In this document: positions 21,570 to 35,758 of the stretch, in pieces
How positions within the stretch are numbered: the first letter of the stretch is position 1
Layout of the letters: every line of letters begins with the position of its first letter
NCBI RefSeq assembly: GCF_022045235.1
Contig: NW_027266286.1
Span: forward strand, 55,242,001-55,306,000
Source: Haliotis cracherodii
Lineage: Eukaryota
DNA: 64,000 nucleotides
Direction of reading: 5' to 3'
Notes under the pieces: model-generated
Databases searched by the model: none
The model's input: the letters and a program-made list of their open reading frames with translations, nothing else
Told to the model about the DNA's origin: nothing
Translations under genes and position numbers: made by a program

Positions 21570-24500
21570 TAGTTGATAGTAAATATGTGTGTACATTATT
21601 AAAACAAAACATAGCATAATGTTGATGATAAATATGTGTGTACATTATAAAAACAAACATAGTATATGGTTCATAGTAAATATGTGTGTACATTATAAAA
21701 ACAAAACATAGCATACAGTTCATAGTAAATATGTCTGTACATTATTTCAGCAAAACATAGTATATAGTTCATAGTAAATTTGTATGTACATTATTAAAAC
21801 AAAAAATAGTATACAGTTTATATTAAATATGCGTGTACATTATAAATACAAAACATAGGATGTAGTTCACAGTAAATATGTGTGTACATTATTAAAACAA
21901 AACATAGTTTACAGTTCATAATATATATGCGTGTACATTATCAAAACAAAACATAGCATACAGTTCATAGTAATTATGTGTGTACTTTATTAAAACACAA
22001 TTTAGTATATAGTTCAAAGTAAATATGTGTGTACATTATTAAAACAAAGCGTAAACTATAGTTAATAGTAAATAAGTGTGTACATTATTAAAACAAAGCA
22101 TGATATATAGTTCATAGTAAATATGTCTGTACATTATTAAAACAAAACATGGTATACAGTTCATTGTAATATGTGTGTACATTATAAAAAACAAAACATA
22201 GTATATACTTCATATTACATATGTGTGTACATTATTAAAGCAAAACATGGTATATAGTTCATAGTAAATATATGTGTACAATATCAAAACAAAACATAAT
22301 ATACAGTTCATAGTAAATATGTGTGTACATTCTTAAAGAAAAACATAGTAAACAGTTCATAGTAAATATGTATGTACATTATTAAAACGAAACATAGCAT
22401 ACAGTTCATAGTAAATATGTCTGTACATTATTTAAGCAAAACATTGTATACAGTTCATAGTAAATATGTATGTTCATTATTAAAACAAAACATGGTATAC
22501 AGTTCATTGTAAATATGTGTGTACAGTATAAAAACAAGACATAGTATATAGTCCATTGTAAAAATTGGTGTACATTATTAAAGCAAAACATGGTATATAG
22601 TTCATAGTAAATATGTGTGTACATTATGAAAACAAAACATAGCATAGTTCATAATTAATATATGTGTACATTATTAAAACAAAAAATAGTATACAGTTTA
22701 TATTAAATATGCGTGTACATTATAAATACAAAACATAGGATGTAGTTCACAGTAAATATGTGTGTACATTATTAAAACAAAACATAGTTTACAGTTCATA
22801 ATATATATGCGTGTACATTATCAAAACAAAACATAGCATACAGTTCATAGTAATTATTTGTGTACTTTATTAAAACACAATTTAGTATATAGTTCAAAGT
22901 AAATATGTGTGTACATTATTAAAACAAAGCATAAACTATAGTTAATAGTAAATAAGTGTGTACATTATTAAAACAAAGCATGATATATAGTTCATAGTAA
23001 ATATGTGTGTACATTATTAAAACAAAGCATGGTATATAGTCCATAGTAAATATGTGTGTTCATTATTAAAACAAAGCATGGTATATAGTTCATACTAAAT
23101 ATGTGTGTACATTATTAAAACAAAACACAGCATATAGTTTATAGTAAATATATGTGTACAGTATCAAAACAAAGCATGGCATATAGTTCATAGTAATTAT
23201 GTGTATACATTATTAAAACTAAACATGGTACATAGTTCATAGTAAATATGTTTGTTCATTATCAAAACAAAACATAGTATATAGTCCATAATATATATGT
23301 GTTTACATTCGTAAAACAGAACATGGCATGTTGTTCAAAGGTAATATGTGTGTGCCTTATTAAAACAAAACATGGTTTATAGTTAACAGAAATATATGTG
23401 TATATTAGTAAAACAAAACACAGCATATAGTCCATAGTAAATATGTGTGTACATAATTAAAACAGAACATAGCATCTTATTCATAGTTAATATGTGTGTA
23501 CATTATCAAAACAAAATATAGTATATAGTTCATAGTAAATATGTGTTGACATTATTAAAACAAAGCATGGTACGTACTTCATAGTGAATATGTGTGTACA
23601 TTATCAAAACAAAATATCGTATATAGCTCATAGTTAATATGTGTGTACATTATTAAAACAAAACATGGTATATAGTTCATACTAAATATCTGTACATTTT
23701 AAAAACAGAACATAGCATCTTGTTCATAGTTGATATGTGTGGACATTATCAAAAAATGTATAGTATATAGTTCATAGTAAATATGTTTGTTCATTATTAA
23801 AACAAAAATAGTATACTGTTCATAATTAATATGTATGTACATTATTAAACCCAAACATAGTATATAGTTCATAGTAAACATGTATGAAAATTATTAAAAC
23901 AAAACATTGTATACAGTTTATATTAAATATGTGTGTACGTTATAAAAACAAACCATAGTATATATCTCATAGTAAATATGTGTATACATTATGAAAACAA
24001 AACATAGTATACAGTTCATAGTAAATATATCTGGATACTCTTAAAACAAAACAAAGCATATAGTTCATAGTAAATATTTGTGTACATTATTAAAACAAAA
24101 CATAGTAAACGGTTCATAGTAAAATATGTGTACATTATTAAGACAAAACATAATATACAGTTTATATTAAATATGTGTGTACGTTATAAAAACAAAGCAT
24201 AGTAAATATTTCATAGTAAATATGTGTGTACATTATGAAAAAAAAACATACCATAGAGTTTATAGTAAATATGTCTTAACATTATTTAAGCAAAACATAG
24301 TATACAGTTCATTGTAAATATGTGTGTACACTATTAAAACAAAACATGACATTTAGTTCATAGTAAATATGTGTGTACAGTAATAAAACAAAACTATAGC
24401 ATATAGTCCATAGTAAATATGTGTGTACATTATTAAAACCAAATATAGTATATAGTTCAAAGTAAATATGTGTGTGCATTATTAAAACAAAACATAGTAT

Positions 24501-25028
24501 ACAGTTCATAGTAAATATGTCTGTACATTATAAAAACAAAACATAGTATATAGTTCATGGTAAATATGTGTGTTCATTATTAAAACAAAACATAGCATAT
24601 AGTTCATAGTAAATATGTGTGTACATTATTAAATAAAAACATAGTATGCAGTTCATAGTAAAATGGATGTACATTATTAAAACAAAACGTAATATACAGT
24701 TTCTATTAAATATGTATGTACGTTATATAAACAAAGCATAGTTAATAATTCATAGTAGAAATTTGTGTACATTATTAAAACAAAACATAGTATACAGTTC
24801 ATAGTAAATATGTCTGTACATTATAAAAACAAAACATAGTATGTGTGTACTTTATCCAAACAAAATATATTATATAGCTCATAGTAAATATGTGTGTACA
24901 TTATTAAAACAAAACATAGTATGTAGTTCATAGTAAACACGTGTGTACATTGTTCAAACAAAACATGGTACATAGTTCATAGAAAATATGTGTGTACATT
25001 ATTAAAACAAAACAGGATGTAGTTCATA
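21570..25028. repeat. Satellite array, 49-bp unit (atagtaaatatgtgtgtacattattaaaacaaaacatagtatatagttc), ~70 copies
   Basis: Directly visible tandem array with an 880-bp internal block duplication (21841 vs 22721). Confidence 0.97.
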
Positions 25029-26348
25029 CAGACAGACAGATTTATTCGGTAATGTGGGCCATATAGCCTTGGTTACAATGTCAGTACAATATAAATTTAG
25101 TCATGTTTTTCTAAATTTAAATATCTTATACAGGTATACAGAAGTCAGTTTTATTACATTGACATGTTTGCAGTTAAGAATATTTGGAAGTGACAGGTAA
25201 CAGTCATACATATCCTGTAGTTGAGTAATATAATGATTCCGTAAAGTCTGGTAATAATCACAAGTGAAAAAGACATGATCTTCATTTTCAATACAACCCT
25301 TGTTACAGTATCTACATACACTATGTAAAATTATGTAAGCTAATCCTAAATTTACAAAAGGTTCTTCTGAGAGATTTATCCTGCAAAGAATCAATATATT
25401 TTTCTACATTCAGCAAAGATTTAACATTTGAATAATGAGATAAATATTTGGAAGCAGACAATTTTGCAAACCAATTTTGAGAGGCAACATCTTTTAGTCT
25501 TTCCTGAAATTGATACAAAAAAATATTTACATCACCAACATTTTGGTAATCCCAGACATATGAAAAACCATTAACATATAAACAATTTTTAAGATCTGTC
25601 ACCCTACTGTGCTTACCTTTCTCGTCTAGCTTTTTAAGGAATTAATAACATTGTAAAGGATATCTATTTGATCTCATGTGCAATAATTTCAACCAATATT
25701 TTATAGCTCTGATCTGACTCTGGACAAACATATAGTGGCGGCATGTTTCCCCTAAGATAGCTGTGTTTGAGGTATATTTACCTACACCAAGAAAATATTT
25801 AAAATATGAAGTTTGAACTTTCTCTATACTTGCAAAATACCTTAGCCCCAAAATTTCTGCACCATATAAAAGTATAGGACTTATTTTACAATCAAATATG
25901 TTACAAGCTGTGGAGAATGATAAGAATGAATTTTTTGGGAATAATTTATAAACCGGGATGCATGTCTTAACAGCCTGAGCTGCCAGGTTCTCACATGATT
26001 TCGTCCAAATCAGTCTAGAAGAAAATATTACCCCCAGATATTTATAATATAATATAACTGTTTTTAATAAACGGCCATTTTATTACCATTTTTCAAAGCC
26101 ATTTAAAATACCCCCATTTCTAAAAACTACAATTTCTGATTTTTTAAAGTTTATCTGGAAACCCCACTTTAAATAAAAACTTTCTAAAATATCTAATTGC
26201 CTCTGAAAACTTACAACATTATAAGCAAAGAGAACAACATCATCAGCAAAAAGCAACAGCATCAAATCCTCAATATCTTGAGAAATAAATATACCATTTT
26301 GACAATTTTTGTACATTTCAGTGACAAGATCATCTATAAAGAAAATGA
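25029..26348 (-). mobile_element. 5'-truncated, decayed CR1/L2-group LINE
   Basis: ORF pieces LLLFADDVVL, FKYFLGVGKYTSNTAILGE, FCKFRISLHN and CRYCNKGCIENEDHVFFTC, plus an aataaa(tctg)n tail. Confidence 0.88.
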
Positions 26349-28029
26349 ATAGTAAATATGTGTGTACATTATTAAAACATAACAGACTCAAATTATATAA
26401 TCCAAATGTGATAACCATGTACACATTATGGTGTAGAAAAAGCATCTTATATATATATATACTTGTCCTTCCTATTCAGGTTGACAGGCATCAAAAGTCA
26501 GTATCCACGTACTCAAAACACAGAGTAGAAGTTTCCTAGGATCATCTCCGACTACACTAATTTGATACTTATAGTCAGAGAATATCTTCGTTACAAATAC
26601 TTAAATTATGCTTATAGATATACATTGCACCTGATTAGTTATTGAAATGACATTCACACGCTTGAGTGTTTTCATATTATATATTGTTCATCCGATATGT
26701 CTACATTTTTTTACAAACACAACATAGAGTCCCGAGTGGTACATGATCCAAATGTGACAGACATGTGTAACAAATATCGTGCATACGAGTCTCCACACAA
26801 GCAAGAAACGGCTTAGGTTCACAATACTTAGTATACATGACATCACATTTGGATTATCTATGGATCGGGACTCTATGTTATGCATACTTTGCCCTAGGCA
26901 TATGTTCTAAGTTAATCTGGTGATATATATGTAAAGATCATATGAAAAGTGACTCGATTTGGTTAGGGTGGTATACGAAGATGAATATCACATTTTGTTT
27001 GTTTATCATTCATGCAATGTATTTATTATAACTGACAGTGGGGTTATTATAAGAAATCTTCACGTGTACACTATGTAGGAACTTTTGGGATATAGATGAA
27101 GTCTTGATCACGTGTCTAACTGTGTGTAGTGTATGTCAATTGGACACCCTCTACAGCATGTAACTAGTTTGTGTATTATAAGGTTATCGACTTCTTGGTA
27201 ACATGAATGAAACAGTGTATGTACATGTAGGAATGAATACCATGTATTCAATCTTCCAGACTTACATGGCACGTATTGTCGAGAAGTAACAGTTAGTTTG
27301 TGTTTGGGATATTTTTGGATGTCATTTTAAAACTCTTTGCAACATGTCTACAGAAGTCTACAGAGTATATATTTTTCAATGTTATGTTAAAATGTAAAGA
27401 GCTATCACACATTTCAAGATTATTTTTTATATATATAATTCTATCCTACGCCTTTTGTGGCAAGTTTACACTGACTTTCTAGGCTCCAATGTTGGTAGTT
27501 TTGTCATACAAGTGTTTATCCATTCGTAGATTATGTGCATTTACACCATGGTAAATAATGTTAAGAATCCCTTCTGGACACACTGATTTTACTCGTTATT
27601 GTCAGAAGCAACTGAGTAGGGACACTGTCTTATTTGTGAACATTTTATGTTGCGCACCGGTAAAAGCAAGCTCCAAGCACAAGGTCGCCCAAGTGGCGTG
27701 GCTGTTTTGGATGCGGAGCAAGTTTGATTGGCCTTTTGCTTTACCCTTTGAAAGAAGGGTCTTCATTCATAACTTTATCATTATGTTCAAAAATATACAT
27801 TTTCCCTGTTGTCCAAAGACAATTAATTTCGATTTGAAAGTATAATTCTACAGTAACAATAATCAGTTGTTGTTTTCAAATTCGAACAACTACTTGGTTT
27901 GTAATAGTTGGTCATTTCATTATGCATAAGTGTCATAATAGCTCTGTATCTTGTTCTCTATGTACAATAAAAGTAAAACCATTTGTACGGATCAGTGTTA
28001 ATAGTTTCATTTGCAGTATTTGAAACACG

Positions 28030-29200
28030 TGCACATATAATTAAAGGCTAGCCTATCCTTAAAGTGCGCTCTACCACATGTATGTACATTCTTTGAATCC
28101 GAAATGGATTTGTAGACTTAGATGCTGTCTGGTATCACAGTTAATATCAAATCAGTTAAAGGAGCTAGGCTAGAGGGGTATTTTTGTTACAAAGAACACT
28201 AATAAGATTTTATCATTTTTGTTTGCTGATGATATATCATTTTTTGATGGTTGTGTTATTGGCTTGCAAAGAAAGCTAGATGTGTTTTGTAATAACTAGG
28301 GCTATATAGGAATACATCTAATATTTTAAAAAATCAGAAATTGTGGTTACTTAAAGAAAACTAAGAAGTGGCGCTATAGAGGTTCGCAAATGCAAACTGT
28401 AACATGTTATAAACATTTAGGTCTTTTCGTCTGGATTTGTTTGGTCTGGCAGAAAGCAGCGTTTCATGTGTATTCTCTACTTAAAAGATATCAATCACTG
28501 TTGTGACTATCTTTGAGACTAAGATAGCTCCTATTTTAATGTATGGCTCCGAGACACGAGGTTTCCTATTTTAAACGTCATTTTTGTGTATCTGAAAGGT
28601 TGGAAGGCATTATTTGTGTGAAATATAATTTACACGTTGTATCAAGTATTGGTGTATATCGAAAACGATATTCCCGTGCGTGTTATGAAACGCTGAAAAT
28701 ATTGGATGAAAATGGTTAAATAACAAAATTCTATGTTACTTTTTCAAACTGGGTTCCCCTATGTTTTGATTGCCCAGGATTGTGGAAATGTAGACCTTTT
28801 TATTCATCAATTTGTACAGTCCGAAGTACCAGATTTGGCATGACAAAGTTATTTACTCAACGTATCTAAATACGTACTCCTGTAATATAACAATTATTGA
28901 ACCTGGAAGATATGCATTACATCTTGCAAATAGATAGGAACTTGTCTGAATGATATGTAACTTTCGTTGATTGTCACACAAATTGAAAATTCAACAATGT
29001 TGCTATCGTTTCTCAAATGACATTGATGCACTTATTTGTAGAATGTGAAATTTGCAGCGCATAGCAAATGAATATCACTTTTTCTTGTTTGTCCTTTTTA
29101 TCAAGTATCAAGTGATGTTGCTGCGCACATTACTTTTAGTCTCATTGAATTACGTACTATGGACCATGAGGCTGAAATATTGAATAAATTATGTCATTTG
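28030..29200 (+). mobile_element. Highly decayed CR1/L2-group LINE
   Basis: FLFADDI at ~28217, PILMYGSE at ~28530 and NEYHF near 29068. Many stops and frameshifts. Confidence 0.7.
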
Positions 29201-31656
29201 TCATTTATCTTATTATTGTTGTTTAACACTCAGTCATATTACAGCTATATGACGGACGTCGGTAAATAATCGGTCATGGATCAGACAATCGAGTGATTGA
29301 CATCATAAATCATCGCCCTACAGAACTTGGCGAGAACCAAGTCAGCGATTCGCACTCGATTTCTTTGTCATCTAAAGCATAACGATATCATGGGTTGATG
29401 AAAACTACTTCTCTACCGGATCATAATGGAGCACATTTATTTAAGGGAAAATGCAGCACGCACAGTCGGATACAAGCTACCGAAAGGAGGCCACAGGATA
29501 GTCGCAATTAGATGTCCGTTAAACTCATTTTTTCAAAGAATCCTTTGGACATAACTTTGTCTTGGACCTTGGATGATTGCCGACCGAAGAGCAATATATC
29601 GCCTACATCGAAAATGTTGTAGAGTACAAATAGCTACAAAATCAGAATATAGGATCGTCGGGTTTTTTGTTTTTTTTCTTCGAGCCGTTCTAGAAGCCAG
29701 AGGTCAAAAGATCGTTACGCAAGTGCACAGTTGGCAACACGTGCAACGAATAAATTCTACGGGCACAAGTCACTGACACTGTTGGGATGTTGGGGTGTTG
29801 GGGTATTAAATATAAGGTTGTTCGGGTGCTCATAATATGGTCGGAATCGTACAATCGACTCTGTTTTGGTGGAAATGTCTTGTGAACATGTAAACGGTTT
29901 TGTCGGTTTTGTTCATCAAAGCAACTTCAGACTGCCTGGTTTACGGGAGTAGTTCTGTATCTTTTCTATAATAAAGCTTGTACACTCCGAGCAAGTGACT
30001 TTTTGTATTAATAGATTGCGTGACACATATAAAAGTATGATCTCAATATGAACGAGTCTTTGTCTAAACGACTGTTTTATTCCTCCACATGTAGTTTGGA
30101 CAGACCAGTTCGTCTGCCACATCTGGTTCATCTGGTCCAAATATGATTAGGATATGATACTCCGACCCACCCCCTAACCACCACCACCCACCCCACCCAT
30201 CCCCTAACCACCATCCCCCACAACACCCCCAACCCCCACCCCGACACACCCCATGACTCTTTCACTCATGTAACTGAACATCAATATCGTTCAAAATTGT
30301 CATAATTTCCGACATCTTGTTGCAATTACATTTGCTTTTTCTCCTAATTAATGAAATAATCAACAAATACGTTAATGAAACAATAAATACTTTATTCAAA
30401 CCACTTCATCACAAGCTGAAAATGTGTCATGATAAACTGCACGTCGACTCATAAAAATGTGAGCGCTGAATTTTATCTTTGGACGTGAGCCGACTTGATC
30501 GAGTGTGTGATAACAAAACAGTGGGTATAATCCATAAGTCGCATCGAAGGTAGAAAAGGATGACGTCATCAGTGGACGGAGTGATTGACATGAGGCCTGG
30601 TGTTTGACAGACGAGGAAGACACTTATTGTCGGGACATCGCCTGTTGTTGGTTTCCACGATCCAGCGCGTCTACTTCCTATAAAGGGGAGATTTGAAGTT
30701 GTTTAAACAAACACATACATGCCATGAATAAAGAGTCAATCCAAGTTTCCGATTGTCTGATCTCGTCACGATATAGCTGAAATATTGCCGATGTGACGTA
30801 AAGCATAAACTCACTCATTCACTTATGTCTGATATTTTGTTGGTGATATGTCATAACGCCAAAGCAGATCCATTCAAAGAGAAATGCACATGGTCAAACA
30901 ATAACTAGCGACACGTTTTTGAGGTCATCGAATACCCAATCGATCAATCCGTAGATCGACACAAGTGCTGATAAACTGTTGTACGTGGAATTTAAGCACT
31001 TCTTAGTATACTTTAATATGAAACAAACAGCTGCTTGGTTGTGCCTGAAAGAAACACTCATTCCACGGCCAAAACTCCACTGCATCAAATAAAAGTAGTG
31101 CATCAACGTAATCCCCTCCTCATGAGATTTTCATGTTTTTAATAACCCTTTTTATTACAATATAGACCTTGACTATCGATCAGTCAGTCTTGACTGGGCG
31201 CCGCCATTTTATTTGAAGTAAATGCACAAGGGACATAGAAGGGACATAAATCGTAATAACCACTAGTGGCGCTAAGATAGAACCTTGAAATCCCACCTAT
31301 TTCGGCAAGGTTGGAAACTGAACATTTATAGTCAGTTAACGCCCTTGCCTCGGGAAGATGCAAGTTATTGTGGATATGCCTCTATTGCATCATGGAATGT
31401 CCATAACACAATACTTCACTATTACGCATCTTATCAACTCATCTATCAACCCTCGTCTTGGGGCGGCTTGGGCTACGGAAGACCTACATTGAAATTTCGC
31501 CCAAATGCAACGGCATGGTATGGTATGGCATGTGGGTTTTAGTGGGACTTTGGCCATTAAAGTTCTATTTGTGCCCAACACATCGAATGTCTGAATAAAC
31601 CCAAAGTGAGTAATGGAAATGAGATAATAATTATAACCAATATGCTTCAGGATGTA

Positions 31657-33182
31657 TACTCTTAAAAAAAAGAAACCTGACACTGACTTTCAAAATGTAT
31701 TATAATGCGATTGTTTCAAAATAGGACACAGAAACCATAATTGAAACACTGTTTGAAGATCAATGTACACAATGTTCAAAACATTAATCGTGTCACCTAG
31801 ACAGACACACGTACACGATACAGTTAATGTCACAGCGGTACAGAAAATGTCAGTATCGGTTGTGCTCACCACGTGCATCAATCACCGCTTGACACCGACG
31901 ACCCATAGATGCAATCAAGTTGCAAATAACAATGTTGGATGTGCTGCCATTCATGCTGAAGTGCATCAAGAAGCGCCGGAAGTGTTTGGGGCGGTGGATT
32001 CCTTCTGCGACCACGTCGATCCAAATCGTCCCACAGATACTCAATCGGGGACAAATCTGGTGACCGGGCTGGCCAAGGTAATGTCTGGATGTTGTTGTGG
32101 TGTAAGAAGTCCTGACAAACACGTGCAATATGCGGTCGAGCGTTGTCCTGCTGGAACTGCCCGCCATGAACGTTGACGTGAGGAAGAACGCAAGGCTGTA
32201 GGATCAAGTCTCTGTAACGCACACCACCTGTCAATGAACCTGCCACATGCACGAGAGGCGTCCTACCACCGTGATGAATTCCTGCCCATACCATGACACT
32301 ACCGCCGCCAAATGGGACAGCCTGCTGCACACAGTTGGGGACGTAACGTTCACCCCGACGTCTGTAGACACGTGCGCGCCTATCAGCACGTGTGAGTAGG
32401 AAACGGGACTCGACAGTAAACAGTACATTTCTCCACCTTGCACTTGCCCATCTAACCCTCTGTTGGCACCAAAGCAGATGGTCGCCAGATGACTTGGGGT
32501 CAATACCTGACGTCGAACAGGTCTTCGTGCAAAACGTCCAGCCTTCCCCAGTCTGTTGCGTACCGTTTGATCTGATATTCTGCGTACCCCAGGGATCTGT
32601 GTGGTTGTAGACGTGGCTGTGGTAGTGCGGTCTCGGAGGTGTCACAGCCGGATGTATCGATCTTGTGCTTGGGTTGTCACCCCTGGTCTTCCTGACCTTG
32701 GTCTGTCGTCAACTCTGTTGGTGTTGTTGTATCGGGTCCACAGTGCGGATATTGTCTGTCTGGATACACCAAAGTGCCTGGCCACTTCTTTCTGAGTTGC
32801 TCCAGCTTGTAATCTCCCAATGGCGTTGTTCCGTTGAGCTGCATTCAATTTTGACAGTCTGTCACCGCATCTACTGCCGTTATAAGGACTGTATGAACAG
32901 CCGTTAATGTGGATTTTTTTTCCCATTCAGCAGGGGGGCCTGCATGCCTAAATGCAGGATCCTGTGCTTTGCACGTTTTTTACAGGCGGTTGCGTTTGGA
33001 TGAAGCTGTAAAATTGATCCCCAAACCCTACGTTTATGTGCTCTGCATGTGTTTTCGCGAATTATAGAGACATCATCTTTCTGTTTGACTTATTTGGTTC
33101 TCATTTAATGTAATTATTTTAGATATTTGACAAAAAGTGGTTTAACATCTATGTCAAGTTTCTTTTTCTTTTTTGAAGAGTA
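31657..33182 (-). mobile_element. Tc1-family DNA transposon, full length, defective transposase
   Basis: TIRs tactctt(c)aaaaaaagaaac..tgac, TA at the left end, HTH (RPRSGRP), FT[V]ES / QQDNARPH / SPDLSPIE (DD34E type). Frameshifts present and the first D is mutated to V. Confidence 0.95.
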
Positions 33183-33269
33183 TGGTTTATATGCTAAAAC
33201 TGATGCTGTTTCTAAAAAGCTAGAATTCATTTCATAAAAAGTAGATCAGACAAAAGAGGAAACACCGCT

Positions 33270-34310
33270 AACATGGTTTACAAATCAATACTAATCTATG
33301 TACTACTAACCGATGAAGTCAAGTATAGTACTGCCCCCTGAATCGAACCATAAAAGATGTTTGGATCCAAAAGTGTAATTAGAAAAAAATAAGCTTTCTT
33401 TCTCAAGTACTGCACCTATAAAATATATTCTACAGTGGCACATACTCGACACTTGTGAGATAATATTTCACTGTATGCCTCTCTATTTTGCCAGATACTT
33501 TCCGTTTCAAATTGGCATACCACGTGTGACCAGAATTACTACCAGATCAGTGCCCTGGCAATCGACAGGTTTGAGATTTTATCCGATGATTGAGCTTTGA
33601 TAGATTGAGCCAGATATAATATACAGGCATACAGTGAAAAATGATCTCACCAGTGGTGGGTATGGGCCACCGTAATATTCTGATATGATTGTGGTCTGGG
33701 CATTTAATTAAATGTTTCACTTGTCTCAGAAGTATTTTCATCACTGAGCTTACATACAAGGGAGATGTCTTTATCAATGACACTGCGGTAAGCATTTCGT
33801 CGACTAACTGTCCAATTTGATTTTTGACAAACTGTGTTCATGTGTCGGCCAGCAGTCCCAGCATTCCACAACTGTTGTAACCCTAAGGTAGAAGATTTTA
33901 CTAAAATGGAGTCGAAATCGTTTGCTTGGAGTTTGAATTCTGATATCGTCACCTCAAGATTTTGCAAGCCAGATGTCGCAAGTTGGTCTGCTGTCTCATT
34001 TGCATGCAGCCCAAAAAATGTTGGAATCCACACAATGTCACACGTAATATACTTTGAATTCAAACATGTATCCAAGTTTAATATTTCATAAACAATGTCA
34101 GGTCGTGAACCATTGATGCCAGATTTGATTTCCTTAACAACCTCCATAGAATCAGTAAATATACCTGCTTAATGATCATATTCATTGACCCACCTCAGGG
34201 CTAGAAGAATGGCTATAAGTTCAGCTGCAAATACTGAGAGATGGTCATTTAGCCTGCACTTCAACAACACAAAAGAGAATGAGTTATCTCCCTTTGAGTA
34301 AAAGTCAAGC
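33270..34310 (-). mobile_element. Decayed non-LTR retrotransposon 3' end with RNase H domain (I-group-like)
   Basis: SVFAAELIAILLALRWV...IFTDS...VWIPTFFGLHANETADQLA matches non-LTR RNase H motifs. Confidence 0.8.
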
Positions 34311-35156
34311 AAGTGAAGCCTGTTTGACAACTGCAGTAACACTGAACTCACTGGGAGTCCCAACACCCTACCCAATTCAGGAAGTGTAGGTCCCCAACCT
34401 TGTCGCCCTTGACGACGAGCAGTGGGGTGCTGGGGTCACACTCTACCCAGGGTGTGACTATTATGTTACAAATTTGATACTGTTTACCCTCATGTTTAAG
34501 TTGTCACTTCATCTCAAATTCAGCAACGTTGTCAAACAAGGAAGTAGCGGTGATGTATTTATATCGGGGATTATGAACTGACCTGTTATAGTAGTGTTGA
34601 ATATGTGTACACGCTGCGTAACATCTAAGTTTATTATCTCAGGAAAACTGAACCAGATACTCCCCTCATGCCGACATTTGAGAGGTAACTGAGCCCTGTT
34701 TGACAAACACTGACAACAGTACTAAAGCTACTCTGGGGGGTCCAGGTTAGTAAACGCCCTTGCACTGGTGAGATGTGACTACATTGCCAGGCTCCGTGAC
34801 AGGTGATTACAAGGTGGAGGTGTTGTTTAATTGGTATGTAACTATTTGTTGGATTGTTCATGAAACACAGTATACTCAAGACAAAGTGGTTGTTTGTATG
34901 TCAGATATGTAATGATCGTTCAATCCGCCATTCAGCTGGGATATTGTTGCGAGCCTGTCAACCATTTAGCTTGTCGTTCTCTGGTAAGGCGAGTTGTATT
35001 ACTTACTTAGTGTACTGGTCTGTTGACTTAAAATATTCGTATCTAGAATACAATTACATTTTGTGGAACAGTTTTGTATCTCCCTGTCTGTTCACTAATT
35101 TTACTGTAAGTACCATTGTCGTTCATAACACTTGCTACTGTCACTGGTCATAGGTT

Positions 35157-35318
35157 GATTGATTGATTATGATTTTACGCCGCCTTTAGCCATATCCCAG
35201 TAATATCACAGCGGGGGACTCCTGAAATAGGCTACACACATTGCACCCATGTGGAAATTGAACCCTGGTCTTCGGCGTGACGAGCGAACGCGTTAAACAC
35301 GAGGCTACCCCACCGCCA
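35157..35318 (-). mobile_element. SINE family 1
   Basis: Matches the family-1 sequence. Confidence 0.9.
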
Positions 35319-35758
35319 CTTCATAGGTTCAAGGCTCGTGGGGAATCAGCGTGACTGAATAGGTCCTGTAATCTAAGGTGGTCGTAATAAACAGGTAAAT
35401 GGGTCGTCAGGCTCAGTGACTTGTTGACTGTATGTCATCGTAACCCGGTGGCGTGGATCGATGTCTATCATGTCATGCATTAATATAGCGGACTTGCGTG
35501 AACAGGTAGCTTGTGCAACAATGTTAATATTGTATCTATATAAAGCAAGGTATTCAGACATGTCACCTGTATATAAATACATATTGATGTTGGTTACAGT
35601 CAACAAGCTGAAACCTTTGAATACCGTCTCGGATTGGTTACAAGTAATAGATAACTAAGTATGTATCTGCGTGTTGTGTCTGTTTTACTTACAACACACC
35701 ACAGCATATCTACCCACAGCAATGTAGCTACCAGTTTCTGTCATCCTAGAATACAAAC

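Noticed and set aside
21570-25028. CRISPR-like array
   Set aside because: Head-to-tail degenerate 49-bp units with no unique spacers and no cas genes, in eukaryotic DNA. The same applies to the 89-bp and 171-bp arrays.
30561-30690. CRE (TGACGTCA) plus TATA-like promoter for the SH2 gene
   Set aside because: It lies 5 kb from the first coding exon, I could not define a linking exon, and the motifs are too short to support alone.
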